DNA of 64,000 bases from Eledone cirrhosa (taxonomy: Eukaryota), in NCBI GenBank assembly GCA_964016885.1, contig OZ024742.1, forward strand, positions 157,914,001-157,978,000, in the 5' to 3' direction. The position numbers and the translations under genes are program-made. Positions 28,808-43,064 of this stretch are shown here, in pieces. Position 1 is the stretch's first letter. Each line of letters starts with the position of its first letter. The notes under the pieces are model-generated. The model saw nothing but the letters and a program-made list of their open reading frames with translations. It did not search any database and was not told the DNA's origin.

Positions 28808-29308
28808 GTATATGTATGTATGTGTGGATGAAGGTATGTGTGTATATATAGGTGTAAGTGCACTAAATCCTTTTCTATCACGCTCCACTCTCCTACCCAT
28901 CACAGGAAGATATGTGTGTGTATATTGCTTCCACCCCCTCACTGACCAGCAGCTGGCGATTGCTAAATCTGACCTTTATAAAATAACCCACACCCCAAAT
29001 AACTTCTCATTCACTACCAGAAAGGGACACAGCAGTCAACCTGTTGTTGCTACCTAGATGAAAACTGCTATGAAATCCCACAATGAATTTTATACTTGAA
29101 TTTTCAAGTCTCAAATTTTAACTCTTCGTATTATTAATTTTTCTTAATATTAATCAACATTTGAAAAGATGGCTTTTGCAGACCCATCGAAACCGGTCAT
29201 TTTTTATACCCTTTATTATTTCCTTACCTTATAAAATTATGTTTTTTCACAAAAAAGTATTCTGTCTCTTATATATTCCATGTGCCATTACCAACCTCAA
29301 TTTTCTCT
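24325..29308 (+). mobile_element. Near-complete Penelope-like element with inverted pseudo-LTR, flanked by (TA)n
   Basis: ~24360-24867 is a near-identical reverse complement of ~28800-29308; the left arm has a ~35-nt extra tail; degenerate HHR (gatgg/ccatc, GAAACCGGTC) near 29160-29200. Confidence 0.92.
24887..27955 (+). CDS. PLE reverse transcriptase + GIY-YIG endonuclease, 1022 aa (Neptune-like by linker; clade inferred)
   Basis: IINLS..LSKGLKFTPTP, ADKG, YGLPKLHK, RPII, SFDVINLYTNIP, GTAMGT..AP.YAN, WKRYLDD, FLDI, YKPTD, CxxxxCxxC, IYAITC..C...YIGQT; no stops. Confidence 0.95.
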   Translation: MEIELLKLRATSNEQEYKDTDKNMEEECTKKAEGTTLQNLIKSWKQDCENAETISLKRWEKSENWFLKYEEDFKRTHQTGNPFIKHLNITRTTTDTFTPPNPTHTNHRHIPHQHKPNTANYTKRNTPNHHNTGFRRNAPYINQRRNNIDPTHNTHTTFLRRNPPRPLEITTELTHNHTRHHPQSNKRQHPSLNTLYHRNNAPRPHEPTTEPLLINNHDTYHPHHHIHPHETTSYRPTRNRPTKYNHTQNYIPFLGKSLKYQDTRWPPPQEKPKIINLSKTPLTNTQINILSKGLKFTPTPRKPNFPEMKDDIMEYCRKLRLTEFFHNDTNTEDESLVRNKSNFCPQKGRNKALDTYCEHIINFPYEKITNKHTKSNLSTHEWEELFTLRNNPEITIKEADKGSTVVIMNTDYYRTLALNILENNTYYEKTENYKHTKTMGNLLTLLNKYRNSLTTKEFNYISHFKCNTSSFYGLPKLHKCKPINDACDTSTNNYIELTPPEDLKLRPIIAGPTCETHRLSNFLDILLKPFLQHIQSYIRDDLDMLKHLPKTVSANTILVSFDVINLYTNIPHNYGITAVQYWLNTHPSEIPTRINTDFITDGLRFILQNNYFTFNGSTYRQVSGTAMGTKVAPTYANLVMGFHEQQIYSQSLLLFGDSFHTHLKANWKRYLDDCFILWQEDMNSLTTFKNMINNIDNNIQFTMESNPKELAFLDILISVIDGKLDTDIFYKPTDSKQYLFFTSSHPKHTKLNIPYNLAKRICTIVSDPPKREQRLKELKDTLILRAFPLEIINNGIDRAKHLNPHQLNNPKQKTTLNTLPYVSTFNPRNTEMFDHLHKNLPILLKDVKMKSILETHKILKSKRQPKSLKRILTGPNIPKPILNPTVTKCGRTNCGTCLYLTEGQTFTFKDGQTFTVKNNFTCNSENLIYAITCGGCKHNYIGQTGTSLRKRMTIHRQQIRDANTRKIPLSSHIANCAGMTLPNFKIFPFYKCSDSFTQQQRINKENLFLNKFKPKLNGLSPQ

Positions 29309-29399
29309 CTCTATATATATATATATATTCACATACATAGACATACATTCACACATATACATAGACATACATTCACACATAGATACAAACATAAGCGCA

Positions 29400-29758
29400 T
29401 TTCTGGTTATTGACTTAATATATGTACCCAACTTTCCAGACAGGCGAAAAAAATAAACAAACAGTAGAAATAGTAAGGTTTTTATCACGTTATTTTATTT
29501 TATTTCTTATCTTCATTTTATTATATATCAGCATCGCTTTCAATTGTATTAGCCTTTATTTTTAAATTCATATTTTACGTCCATATTAAATTTTCATTCT
29601 GATGAGCGATTCAGATGTCTCTGTTGAGCTCGTCTGTCTTCGTGAAACCTTTGGCAAATGGAACAATTGTCTCATGTTGTTTATTACATAATTAAATAGC
29701 TCTGTAGCATACATAGAGCACTCTTCTTTTCTGTACCCTTCCTACCGAAACACTTCAT
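29400..29758 (+). mobile_element. HHR-bearing terminal repeat family (relatives on the minus strand at ~21905-22130, 30337-30540 twice, 58381-58520)
   Basis: ttcatt-CTGATGA...GAAAcctttgg(c)a-aatgga fold with mutated U16.1; shared tail gtttattacataattaaatagctctgtagc. Confidence 0.6.
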
Positions 29759-29816
29759 ATATATATATATATATACATATATGCATATGTATATATACAT
29801 ATATATGTATATATAT

Positions 29817-30339
<523 letters not shown>

Positions 30340-30420
30340 GAAGTGTTTCAGTAGGAAGGGTAAAGAAAGGGAAAGTGCTCTATATTTGCTACAGAGCTAT
30401 TTAAGTATGTAATAAACAAC

Positions 30421-30453
<33 letters not shown>

Positions 30454-30559
30454 CATGAAGTGTTTCCGTAGGAATGATAAAGAAATGGAGAGTACTCTAT
30501 GTATGCTACAGAGCTATTTAATTATGTAATAAACAACATATATATATACATATATATAT

Positions 30560-31102
30560 ATAACACAACAGAATATCTAATACACAACCACCCGCTAATA
30601 GGCAAACAAAACGTAACACACTTGTTCAGGCATCGCATCCCACAAATAATGCCAAAGTTCCCCATGACAAGAACTGTAACTGCCACCTACCTGAAACCTG
30701 TCCATTACATAATGAATGTATACAGTTTAACCTGGTTTACCAATGCACAGTGGAATCAGACAACCAGAAATGGTATTACATCGGAGCGACTGGGAATACA
30801 TTTAAAGCCCGTTGGTATACACACCGTTACGCAATGAAACATTCCCAGCACCGTTATGTAACTACCCTTGCAAACAAAACCTGGCAACTCAGGGAAAGTA
30901 ACCATCAATACACCCTAAAGTGGAAAAAATTATCGAACGCGCCCCGTATCGGATTGGTATGAGAAGCTGTCGATTATGCGACCTTGAGCTTTTCCACATC
31001 TTAAGCTCAAAGAATAAGTTACTTAACAATAAAATCGAGAGATCAATTTATTGTAACCATAGACTCAAAGAGAAATGTTCGCACTACAAATCGAACCCTT
31101 AA
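30560..31102 (+). pseudogene. Hydra-type PLE GIY-YIG endonuclease, frameshifted
   Basis: NCNC....CPL..EC...NLVYQCTV...YYIGATGNTFKARWYTH...TTLA...W / CRLCDLE..HIL...LLNNK....CNH. Confidence 0.8.
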
Positions 31103-31843
31103 CCTCTTACTACCAACTGACAAACTGCATATACGTAGACTTTATACTCTTTTGTTGTATCTAAACCCTTTAATTACCCACAAAACCAATACATATATCC
31201 CCCTCTTCTCCCTCATTCCACTTCTATTTCTTCGTTTTCTCCCTTCCTTCCCTCCCCTTCTTGGCTATCTTTTCTTTTCTTCTTTCTCACCCTCTTCTTT
31301 GCTTTTATTTTTGTGATTATTATCTTTATCTTTATTTTTTTATATATATATATATTTATCTCTTTATACCTCCCCCCTCTCTCTCCCTCTCTATCCATCC
31401 CTCCCACTATGATCAATTTAATTCTCTTTAACTCACTACTTTCCACGACATGAAGTCTGCTATCAAAACTGACCAAGGAATCCTTCCACCTCTACCCCTC
31501 CCTCCATCTCAGTTTGTCATTCTACTTCCTACCTCTTCACCCTTCCTCTCTCTCTATACTATTCCGTCTGTCCCCTCACCTCCTGATTCCTCTATCTCTA
31601 TACTAGTAAATACAATTCCAAATAAATGTTTTTCTCTATATATTAAGAATTATTTCAAGAGTAACTTACTATTTTGAAAATTTGGACTGTGAACAACAAT
31701 TATAATTGAGTGGCTGCTATTTGCAGTATAGCAATATAAGGTTGCACCTACCAATGAAACGGTCGTAAATACCTGGATAAAATCCTTCTCTTAATGCTTA
31801 CCTGTGTTTTCTCTTTTATACATACATATATATATATATATGT

Positions 31844-32213
31844 GAGGGTTCTAAATACCTCTATCAGGCTAAAGTTTCTTTAGGTAAAAAAATACGGTAA
31901 CAGCTTCTATTTTCTAGTTTCAAACTTGCTCGCTGTTTCAAAACATACTTACTGGCCATAATACTTGCTAAGAATGTAGGTTCAAATTTGAATGGAAGGA
32001 GATGGGTGATCTGTTGGTCTAATGGTAGTACAGTGGTCTGGATAACCAAAGATGTTGGTTCAACTACCATGTACGTCAATACTCATCTTTTTTCCATTTC
32101 TCTGAGGGATCTAAACCCCACCATCAGGCTAACATTTCTTTAGTCAAAAGATACGGTGAAAGCTTCTATTTTCTAATTTCAAACTTCTTCTCTGTTTCAA
32201 AACATACTTACTT
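31844..32213 (+). repeat. ~110-bp direct repeat, two copies
   Basis: 31844-31953 resembles 32104-32213. Confidence 0.65.
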
Positions 32214-32214
32214 G

Positions 32215-32285
<71 letters not shown>

Positions 32286-32289
32286 TATA

Positions 32290-34190
32290 TACTATCTCGA
32301 CCAATACATTGATATCCTGTCTAAATTTGCTCTTAGACGTAATACTAACGTTACGCCAAACATTAACAAATCGGAAATGTCTGCACCTAAACGTATACGA
32401 TATGATAAAACAATAATAATTAAACAACCAGATAAAGGAGGTGCAATTATCGTAATGGATACTGAACGCTACAAAGATTTGGTTGAGGAACAAGTGAAAG
32501 ACACAACATTCTACCATGAAAGACCGTCAAATATAAACCACAACATCATGAAGAAGATCAACAACCTGGCTTCAAAATACTACAACTCATTTACTGATAA
32601 GGAAAGAGACTACATCACCAATTTTGAGCTAAAACCCAGCAACCTGTATGGCTTACCGAAAATTCATAAGTCAAAAGAAATCCAACTGGCAGTAAAAGAA
32701 CAATATAGTGAGTACATTAAATTACTAAACCCAAACTACTTAAAACTTAGACCTATTATAGCTTGTCCAACATGCCCTACCTACCGTCTAAGCAATTGTG
32801 TTGACGTTATTTTAAAACCACTATGTATCCACATAGCCAGTTTCATCCGGGATGATATCGACTTCCTGTCCCATCTTCCCAAAACCACAGAAACGAATTC
32901 ACTTCTACTTAGTTTTGATGTGGAAAGCCTTTACACCAACATTACACATGATTTAGGAATAAAGGGGGTTAAATACTGGGTGGAAAAACATGGAGAAGTG
33001 ATTCCCACCAGATTCACGGTGCCATTTATATTAGACGCAGTCAGACTTATTCTGGAAAACAACACATTCTTCTTCAATGGAAAGAATTACATCCAAATTA
33101 GAGGCACATCGATGGGAACGAAGTTTTCTCCTGTCTACGCGAACTCTGTAATGGGATACTTAGAACAACAACTCTTCCAAGAAATAGAGGAAAAATATAG
33201 CACTAAATTTAGAAAGTACATTGAAAAGTCTTGGAAGAGATACCTTGACGACTGTTTCATCATCTGGACAGAATCTCTAGATACTCTGGATGAGATCAAT
33301 ATCCTCCTGAATAACCTACACCCATCTCTTCAATTTACAAAAGAGAGTGAGTAGTACCAAATTACCATTCCTAGATATGATGGTAATCCAAAACGACGCC
33401 ACCATTACCAGGATATATATTATAAACACACAGACACCCATCAATATCTGACTTTTAATTCCTGCCATCCACCTCATACAAAATGCAACATCCCATACTG
33501 CCTAGCCAGAAGAATTCGTACCATTGTAGAGGATACAAAAACCAGGAACAAACGCCTCAAAGAACTGAGAGAATTTGCTCAAACAAAAATACCCATTTAT
33601 ACTTATAGAAAATGGCATACAACGGGCTATAAAAATACCTATACAACAACTTAGGACAACCCAAGGAAGGAGAAACCAAGAACTGGTCATACCATTTATA
33701 ATGACACACGACCCCCATGTTACCAGAATATCTTCAACACTGCCAAAGCAAACCTACCGATCATTGCTCAAAGTAATGAATTAAAAGGTTTAATCACATA
33801 CCGAGCTTTGACATAGCAGCAAACACCAATCATTCACTGTATCTAAATGCAATGATAGTCGATGTGGCACATGTCAGAATATTCCGAAATGCAAATATGA
33901 ACTGCAAAAGCAGAAATCTAATTTACTGCATTAAATGCTCGAATTGTGAAGAACTATATGTCGGTCAAACTGGAAATGTACTATCAGAACATGCACAGGT
34001 GTACTGACAGTAAATCAGAGACCCAAAAGTCCGTCAGATACCACTGAGTAACCATCTAGCAACATGTGGTCAGAAAATGTTTATAATATTTCCATTCTAC
34101 AAACTACAGAGCCCATGTGAAATCAAGAGAAAAATTAAAGAAAAGAATGTTATTGATAAATTCCAACTCAAGCTTAATGAACAATAATAT
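32290..34190 (+). pseudogene. Decayed PLE RT + GIY-YIG, related to the 24887 element
   Basis: PDKGG, YGLPKIHK, RPII, SFDVESLYTNI, GTSMGT, WKRYLDDCF; stop at 33352-33354, later frameshifts; YVGQTG remnant near 33955. Confidence 0.9.
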
Positions 34191-34577
34191 TACTTAGGGG
34201 TATTACTTCTATTATGACTACGCCTACGACCATGTAGACTACCACCACCAACAAGAACACCAACAATAATAATAATAAAAGTGATGTTGATAGTGATTAC
34301 TGAAGATTTTTATAAAAACGCTATTTTCATCATTTCTAAAGATAGCAAAACAATTGATGCTTTGGATTGAGTCAAATAGAAGTCATTAGACATGCTCAAC
34401 CAACCGTGACGCTTAAACCAATCAGGGTTAGTAATCTAGCGAAACCAGACACCGATTTGTCGAAATGCAGTTTGCAAAAATGAGCATTCTGTAGCCCCTT
34501 TTTACTGTATGTAAGGCACAAATTTTAGCCATCTCATTACAGTCGAAAATTGCAAACTTGACTGTCACCACTGAATA

Positions 34578-34616
34578 TGAAACTGAAGATTGCGAAAGCA
34601 TGAAAGTACTTGTTCA
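34578..34616 (+). ncRNA. Minimal hammerhead at the 3' end of the decayed PLE
   Basis: CTGAAGA, stem II tgc-gaaa-gca, GAAA-gtac-TT, imperfect stem I tgaa/ttca. Confidence 0.6.
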
Positions 34617-35122
34617 ATTAACATTTAATATTCTACCATACTATTTCATGATAATATCATTATAATTTTAAAGGTTAACTTTGCCTTTCATCTTTACGGG
34701 GTCGATAAAATAAAGTACCAGTAATACACTAAATTTTCAGCAGACAGGGGGAGATAAAGCTGACACAGCTCTGTTTCGTACTATTTGGTAGAGCACCAAT
34801 TCTATATTTTCAATTTCTGCTTGACCGAAAACCGCTTTGTATAATCAGTTCCTGATTATTACTAGAATTCTATAAGAATCAAACATTCATGATTTTCAGC
34901 AAACAGGTGGAGTACTTAGCTTTGATAAGTACCAAATAGTACGAAACAGAGCTCTATCAGCTTTATCTCTCCCTGTTTGCTGAAAATTTAAAGTAAGTGA
35001 GAGTGTCACTACTCTAAAGCAATAGCGTAGGGTCTTCAAAATGCGTTTAATTAAGTTTACAGTGTATTGCAAAATACACTATATATACATTCATATATAT
35101 ATCGCTATTTCAGAGCACCAAT

Positions 35123-35264
<142 letters not shown>

Positions 35265-35574
35265 ACGTGTATGTTAATGAAATGCGATATTCGCTCCTGC
35301 TTTCTGTATTCTGATTTCAAATGCCGACGTGAACAACTTTATATTTTAGCCGTTTCCATGTCGATAAATAGCATAACTATTTAGTAATTTGGTGGTATTG
35401 ATATTTCCAATCCCTCTTTATGCCATTTAACTCTCCCTACTGAAGAAGAAATGAGATATCCTCGGATACAGCGGCTTAAAATATCCACAGAAAGGCTCAT
35501 CAGGCATGGCTCTTAATCCATTACGTTTTAAGCAACATTTCTATTCCTTATATATATACAACCACAAGCATTGC

Positions 35575-35992
35575 TACATGCATGCATGGTGGCTGCCAAC
35601 CCGTTTTCGATTGCGGCCACTACTTTATATCCATGTAGGAGAACCCTGAATGCACTGAATGAGTGTGACTTTTTAGTCCAGCCAGCGACTTGAAAACTCT
35701 GGTACAAACACTACACTTGTGACAATTATTGACACATAGTGTTGGGCACATGGTACCATGTGACGACAAGTGCAGAGAGGTCTCCAGATATAAAGCAATG
35801 CCTGTGCGGTGAAGCTTTTATAGTGAGCAAATGCACTGCACAAAGCCAGTCCCACTCTCTTAACCAAGATGATATTTACCAAAGAGAAGAACAAGTCAAC
35901 ATCATTGGATACCATCAGGGTTGCAGGTGTTATATCAGAGTTTTCCTTCTCCTAGAATTCTGCCTTGACAAAGGCTAAGGGGTCATCTCTCC
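35575..35992 (-). mobile_element. 3' end of zinc-finger RTE LINE (second copy ~50955-51365, plus strand)
   Basis: Minus strand gives KCSVCTRVFKSLAGLKSHTHSVH and PMMLTCS, similar to the C-terminus of ORF 60266-61021. Confidence 0.65.
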
Positions 35993-36076
35993 CGGACATA
36001 CATACATACATACATACACACATACATACATACATACATACATACATACATACATACATACATACATACATACATA

Positions 36077-37630
36077 ACTTTTTTGTGGACGATCTGAAAC
36101 TCTATGAGAAAAATATTGATCTTGTTACAACGTTCTCAAAGGATATAGGAATGGAGTTTGGCCAAGATAAATGCTCATACATGACTGTAAAGCGGGGAAA
36201 AACTACAACCAAATCTAGCAACATTGTCATCAATGGTCTAATTGTTTCACCGATATCTGATGAGGACTGCTACAGATACCTGGGGATAGATGAGAACATA
36301 TCCTATAATGGTATCTGTAATAAAGAACGCGTAACCAGGGAATACTACACCCGATTAAGAACGATCTGGTCATCGGAAATCTCTGCGCAAAACAAAACTG
36401 TGGCTCACAATGTGTTTCCTGTGCCTGTCCTAACACCAACGTTTGGAATACTCAATTGGACGATAAACGAAATCCGAGCAGTTGATGTTGGAACTCGAAA
36501 AATACTGAACAACACCGGAAACTTCCACATCAACAGTGACATAGACCGCCTTTACTTGAAATGTAAGCAGGGAGGCAGAGGCTTAACATCAGTCCAGACA
36601 ACATTTGAATGTCGAATCATATCTCTCCGACAACATCTACGAACCTCGAAGCGTAGGAGCCTGCTTCTCGAGCAAGTCTATCTGCATGAAACATATAAGA
36701 TCATGAGAGTTGGGAAGGAACTCCTTGAGAGATATTCCCTGTGTGATAATCAAAAACTCACACCCAGGGATGCCGCTCAACAGTATCGCAGTGAATCCAT
36801 GGATGAAAAACTGCATGCCTATCAGCAAAGAATCATGCCTGGATATGTTGCCAGGATGCTCCAGAGTGAGAGTAATATAGATAAAGAAAGTAGTCTATCT
36901 TGGACCAACAACCGCTATATTGGCTCCCACTTTGAAGGATACGCTTTTGCAATCCAAGAACAAGAGATTAGCACGAAATACCTGATTCACAAAAGAGATA
37001 GGGATGCAGGCAAAACACCTAGATGTGATAACAAGTGCAGACTCTGCAGAACTAACATCGAGGATATCACCCATGTCATCAGCAGCTGTCCAAAGATGTC
37101 ATTGCGGTACTATCTACCTATGAGGCATGATGTTGTGGCCAAAGCACTGTACAATGTAATTCGTAAAAAAAGATAGCCCCGATAATAAACACATTAAAAG
37201 CTACAACAATGTGGAAGACATCCATGTACATAATATGAAAGCGTACTGGTGGAATGTTCCACTAAAAAACCAAATAAAATGCAGGCATAACAGACCAGAT
37301 ATTATGATATGGGACAGGGAGAAGAAAACATGCACAGTAGTGGAAATTAGCTGCACAGCAGATGCCAATATAATATCAAAGATTATTGAAAAGGAGAATA
37401 TTTATGCAGAACTGATGAGAAATCTGCTGATACTCCACCCTGATTACACCTTCAGATTTATGCCTGTGATTATTGGTGCACTGGGGTATGTTAGTAACTG
37501 CCTCAATACAAATCTTAAGAAGCTAGGCTTCACTGGAGCAGACAGAACATAACTAGTTAGGAAACTACAATACAATCCATTAATGGAACAGTAAAAATAT
37601 GTAAAACATTCCAAAAATGTTGCATCTAAT
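36077..37630 (+). mobile_element. R4/Dong-like REL-endonuclease LINE, 5'-truncated, disrupted
   Basis: [16 protein letters not shown]....GGRGL, CRLC....E...H....CP...RHD knuckle, NRPDI...VEISC REL; stop at 37174-37176; preceded by (CATA)n. Confidence 0.88.
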
Positions 37631-38059
37631 AAGTGCATATACACATGTACAGATACAAAGCATATACACATGCACACATACAACTCAAAACATTCACATT
37701 CACACATACAATAACATCCATATCTACACATGCATACATGCATATCTACCTAGTTGATGTTGTGTAAATTCCAACGAGAGAGTCTTGTGTCTATGTTAGA
37801 AACCGACTCTCTCTCTATTGGTAAAACTTTGTGAAATTATAAAACCAGAAGAACATGCATACATACGAGTATACATGCATATATGTGTATGCCAATAAAA
37901 TTGCATACTTGTTCCTGATATATATTAACAAATTTAAATATTGAAAGCAAGCTGTTATGTGTATTATATAATATTGCATAGGTATATATATATGTGCGTG
38001 TGTGTGTGTGTGTGCGCGCGCGTGTATGTGTAACACACAACTTATATATATATGTATAT

Positions 38060-38527
<468 letters not shown>

Positions 38528-39607
38528 CTGAGAGATATAGAAAGATAGGTAGGTAGATAGATAGAAAGATTGATAGATAGAAAGATATAAAAGATATATA
38601 AATGGGTAGGTAGGTAAGTAGGTTTATATAGAGCGTCAGATAGATTGACGTACGTATGTATATATGTATATACATAAAAGTCTTCATTTTTTGCTGTTGT
38701 TTATCTTTTACAAATTGTGTTGCTTTTGAAGTCAGCGAACTATATCGTGGGAATTCATACAAAATCTCGCCATACGACACCTAGCTTTACTTCTACTATT
38801 CATTTATTCTTTAATCATTTTATTAAACAAATATTACTTGTGGGCGGCGGATAGAAATTCTGATTCTTCTATAGGCATTTCTACTAAAACAGCGATAATA
38901 AACGCAAAATCTGATTAAAGCATTTTGCACGGGTGTATATTTAATTAATTTGCTGCTGACTGACTTGTTTGTTTTCCTTTTCGTATCCATGTGTTTTTTT
39001 TTTTCTTGTTTTTGATTTCTAATTTCATGTTTTGGTTTTCAATATAAGTTGTTAATAATTCCCTCAATACTGCAGTTGCTAGTGTTTAGCACCGGCCCAA
39101 AAGACCTGCTTCACTTTGAAAAGGATAAAAGGTAAATGCATTTTCACATATGTATTCAATGTTCAACTGATTCCCCGTATGGGGAATTATGTATAGAGAG
39201 TGATTTCCGTGTTCAATAAACATAATTCGTATATATGTATTTCGAAAAATAAATCAAAACTTGTTAAGTAGTTCGAGAGTGTGATTGGTAAAATTATTCG
39301 AATAGAATACCTCGTGTTATTGATTTACTTTATTTTACCATCTGTGTTCGAATCGAAACATCTCAAACCTGTGATTGTCAGATGATTAAAACGAATCCTG
39401 GTTTGATTTAGTATCCTTCCCCACTATAACAATTGTGGAGTCATAATTATAATACGTAAAATATTATGAGGATAAACATCTTTATTAACGTTACTTTATT
39501 TCACAGTACTTATTAAAATCCAAATCTCTCTCTCCCGCTCCCTCTCCCTCCCCCTCTCTCTATACATATATATATATATATGTGTGTGTATGTGTATATA
39601 TATTTAT

Positions 39608-39818
39608 GTCTAATGGTAGCTAAGATGCTTCCATAGGCGGTATGCCGGTTGAACACTCTATTCTCCTACAGAATGAAAAACTAAAAATCAGTGATGCATC
39701 GGAACTCAATTTATTGTGTGCTACAATAAATTGAGTTACGATGCATCACTGATTTTTCGTTTTCCATTCTCTGTCTCTCTCTCTCTCTCTCTCACTCTCT
39801 CTCTCTCACTCTCTCACA

Positions 39819-39862
<44 letters not shown>

Positions 39863-40042
39863 GTCTAATGGTAGTTTTAAGAGGATTCCATAGGCGGTAT
39901 GCCGGTTGAGCACTCTGTGCTCCTACAAAACAGAGAATGATAGAATGAAAAACTAGAAATCAGTGATGCATCGGAACTCAATTTATTGTGTGCTACAATA
40001 AATTGAGTTCCGATTCATCACTGATTTTTCGTTTTCCATTCT
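39608..40042. repeat. Two copies of a ~170-bp tailed hairpin element
   Basis: 39608-39770 and 39863-40042, each with a ~50-bp-arm palindrome centred on ttgt-gtgct-acaa. Confidence 0.75.
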
Positions 40043-40282
40043 CTCTCTCTCTCTCCATCTCTCTCGGTGCCCCAGCATGGCCTCAGCCGGATGGCTGAAA
40101 CAGGTAAAAGAGTAAAAGAGTATATATATATATATTAGCCGTCGAAACAGCTTGAGCTCAGCCGTCGGGGTCCTACTCGTTCCTATTACCCACTCTACTA
40201 CCCTAAGTATTGAGTACTTTTGTCCGTTATGGTCCACCTGGTTCCTTACCACATTTCCTCCGTTATATATATATATATATAA

Positions 40283-40560
40283 GGAAAAAAAATGAAATCG
40301 AAAATGCAACTAGAGTATTTTTTTTTTAAAGTAGAATTGAGATGGACGGTTTGTGATTTTTCTCGCATCAGATGAGAGAAAAAAAACACAAACCCTCCAT
40401 CTCAATTCTACTTTTGAACTGCGAAACCGGTAAGGGAGCCAAATAAATATATTAAAAAAAAAAAGTCTCCAGTGGCATTTTCGATTTCATCTTTTTTCCT
40501 TATAGTTTCACTCGTGTAGGACAGCTAGGTTTTTGTTTTCATTTTGTAAAAAAAACCTCG
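40283..40560. repeat. Nested inverted-repeat element with HHR 3'-half motif
   Basis: Outer arms ~40283-40328 / ~40455-40500, inner arms ~40328-40365 / ~40375-40415; GAAACCGGTA near 40423. Confidence 0.5.
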
Positions 40561-41446
40561 CTCTCTTATATATATATATATATATATATATATGGGTTGA
40601 TGCCTTCATGATACTGACATAATTAAATCATTTTAAGTTAGTGAGAAAGCTACCGAAGATGCATCGATCCTATTCGACAGCTTCGTTTCAGTATTAATGT
40701 TAACGCCCAGTGGATTAACCCTTATCCAAATTGTAAGCTGAATTGTTTACTCTGTTTATTATAATTTATTTATCAATTGTTTGAAAATATGTCTTTGTTT
40801 CTATATGGATGCCCTAGCTGAGTGCTTCATGACCCGTTTCATTTTGTCAATTTGCATACATGCCAAAGTTTTCTCCGTGAATAATCATTTGTAGCATACT
40901 TCCCCTTTGGTGAAAAATCACGTGGCAATAAAGTTGAGTTTACTACTACCCTAGCCGAGGTACGTTGGACCACTTTACGGATAGCTGATCCATTCAAGAG
41001 AGGCTACTTCTCCACTGTTGACGCAACTCTTAGTAGATTTTCTTAATTTCTGGATGCTGTCTGCAGAAAATACAAGTCAAATATAAAATGTTCACCTTGT
41101 TATTCTCTTTTCCCAGTCTTCTACGATAATCCTGTTTTGTAATTCCGTCGCTTTGTAATTACGTCGATATGATGAAAAGGTCCTGTCTTGCATCATAAAT
41201 GGATGATGGAGATTGGCCATTGGAATATGCATAGTGATTTCACGTATTTAAAATTTACAACATATCTTCCAGTACGGCTTTCTGTTGTCGTTTTAAATAC
41301 GTCACTTCGCTTCCTGCGCCACCCACTGTTATGCCACATCTACGATAAGTGACGTCCTTGACGTCGAGTGGTTTAGAATTCATGACATCCTATTCTTCCT
41401 ATCAGAGCCACCAGATCTACACTTAGCTGAACAAAATAACATAAAT

Positions 41447-41504
<58 letters not shown>

Positions 41505-41505
<1 letters not shown>

Positions 41506-42571
41506 GGTAAGAGAGTTTTTTTATATCGATGTTTGACGGGTATCCACTGATGATTTATAAGTGCCCACCTGCATATGTTCCTACGGAATGTGTGCAGGCT
41601 TCTACATAACCTGGATACATTTTCCCAACCTGTAGAAAACTTATAACGAAACAATTGTTTGGAAAGGGAGATATATTTTAATTATGTCTCATATAAAATA
41701 ATACAACTGGCTTTCCGCAAAATACATATAGTTAGCACCCCAAACGTAAAATTGCGATTATACTAAGGTATATCCTAATGTTTGTTGAGTGAGATGGAAG
41801 CCAGTCAGAGTATAGCTTAAGGCTTTCTCTGTTAATGTATTAAATATTATACTCTTGATTTGGCCTGAGATGAATATTTCCAGATACCTTTTAAGCGTAA
41901 CTTTCCGTATTTATTATTACTATGAAATATTGATTGTTATTCTGGTATCATATCTCTGTTTTTAGCCTAAGAAAATACCTACATGCGTGTATAAATAATA
42001 CATGCATATATTTATTTTTTAAAAATCTAATTGAGTTCTTCACACGCAAAGTTAAAATTGTTGAAAAAATTAAGTGACCCGCGTGTATATTATTTTACTT
42101 TCTTATGTTTCGCGATGACCTCTCCTTTCCGCTTGATGACAGTGTGAGATTTCTCACTCTGAGACTGCTGGAATATCAAATTTGGCGGTCATTCTGATAC
42201 GGAGAGAGACCATCGCTAACATTGGATTGGACATCGGTAAGAGAGTCTTTTTTATATAGATGTTTGACGGGCATCCACTGATGATTTATAAGTGCCCACC
42301 TGCATATGTTCCTACGGAATGTGTGCAGGCTTCTACATAACCTGGACACATTTTCCCAACTTGTAGAAAACTTATAATGAAACAATTGTTTGGAAAGGGA
42401 GATATATTTTAATTATGTCTCATATAAAATAATACAACTGGCTTTCCGCAAAATACATATAGTTAGCACCCCAAACGTAAAATTGGTATTATACTAAGGT
42501 ATATCCTAATGTTTGTTGAGTGAGATGGAAGCCAGTCAGACTATAGCTTAAGGCTTTCTCTGTTAATGTAT

Positions 42572-42578
<7 letters not shown>
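41505..42578 (+). repeat. ~345-bp direct duplication
   Basis: 41505-41850 is nearly identical to 42235-42578. Confidence 0.85.
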
Positions 42579-42615
<37 letters not shown>

Positions 42616-42645
42616 TATTTCCACTTATTCGGATCCTCAGCTCGG

Positions 42646-42705
<60 letters not shown>

Positions 42706-42771
42706 CCGAGGTGAGGATGCGAATAAGATTAAACATTTGTTCTCAGTATGGTGAACTAACTATTGTGGAAC

Positions 42772-42872
<101 letters not shown>

Positions 42873-43064
42873 TCAGGTTGAGGTTCACCACTGTATCGAG
42901 CTGGTCTATTCCGTATGTCAATCGTAATGCAATAATATAGAGAGTACTCAACGTAAGGCAGTTCAACCGTCTTTGTTTTTGTAGTTGGTGGTGCTATTAC
43001 GGAGTTAAATATTATAATGAAATGACAGGAGGCTGGATTTGTGTAAATCCTTGAAAGGTTTATT

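Noticed and set aside
40620-42400. Possible very decayed PLE on the minus strand
   Set aside because: Only faint motif echoes; cannot be supported without profile searches
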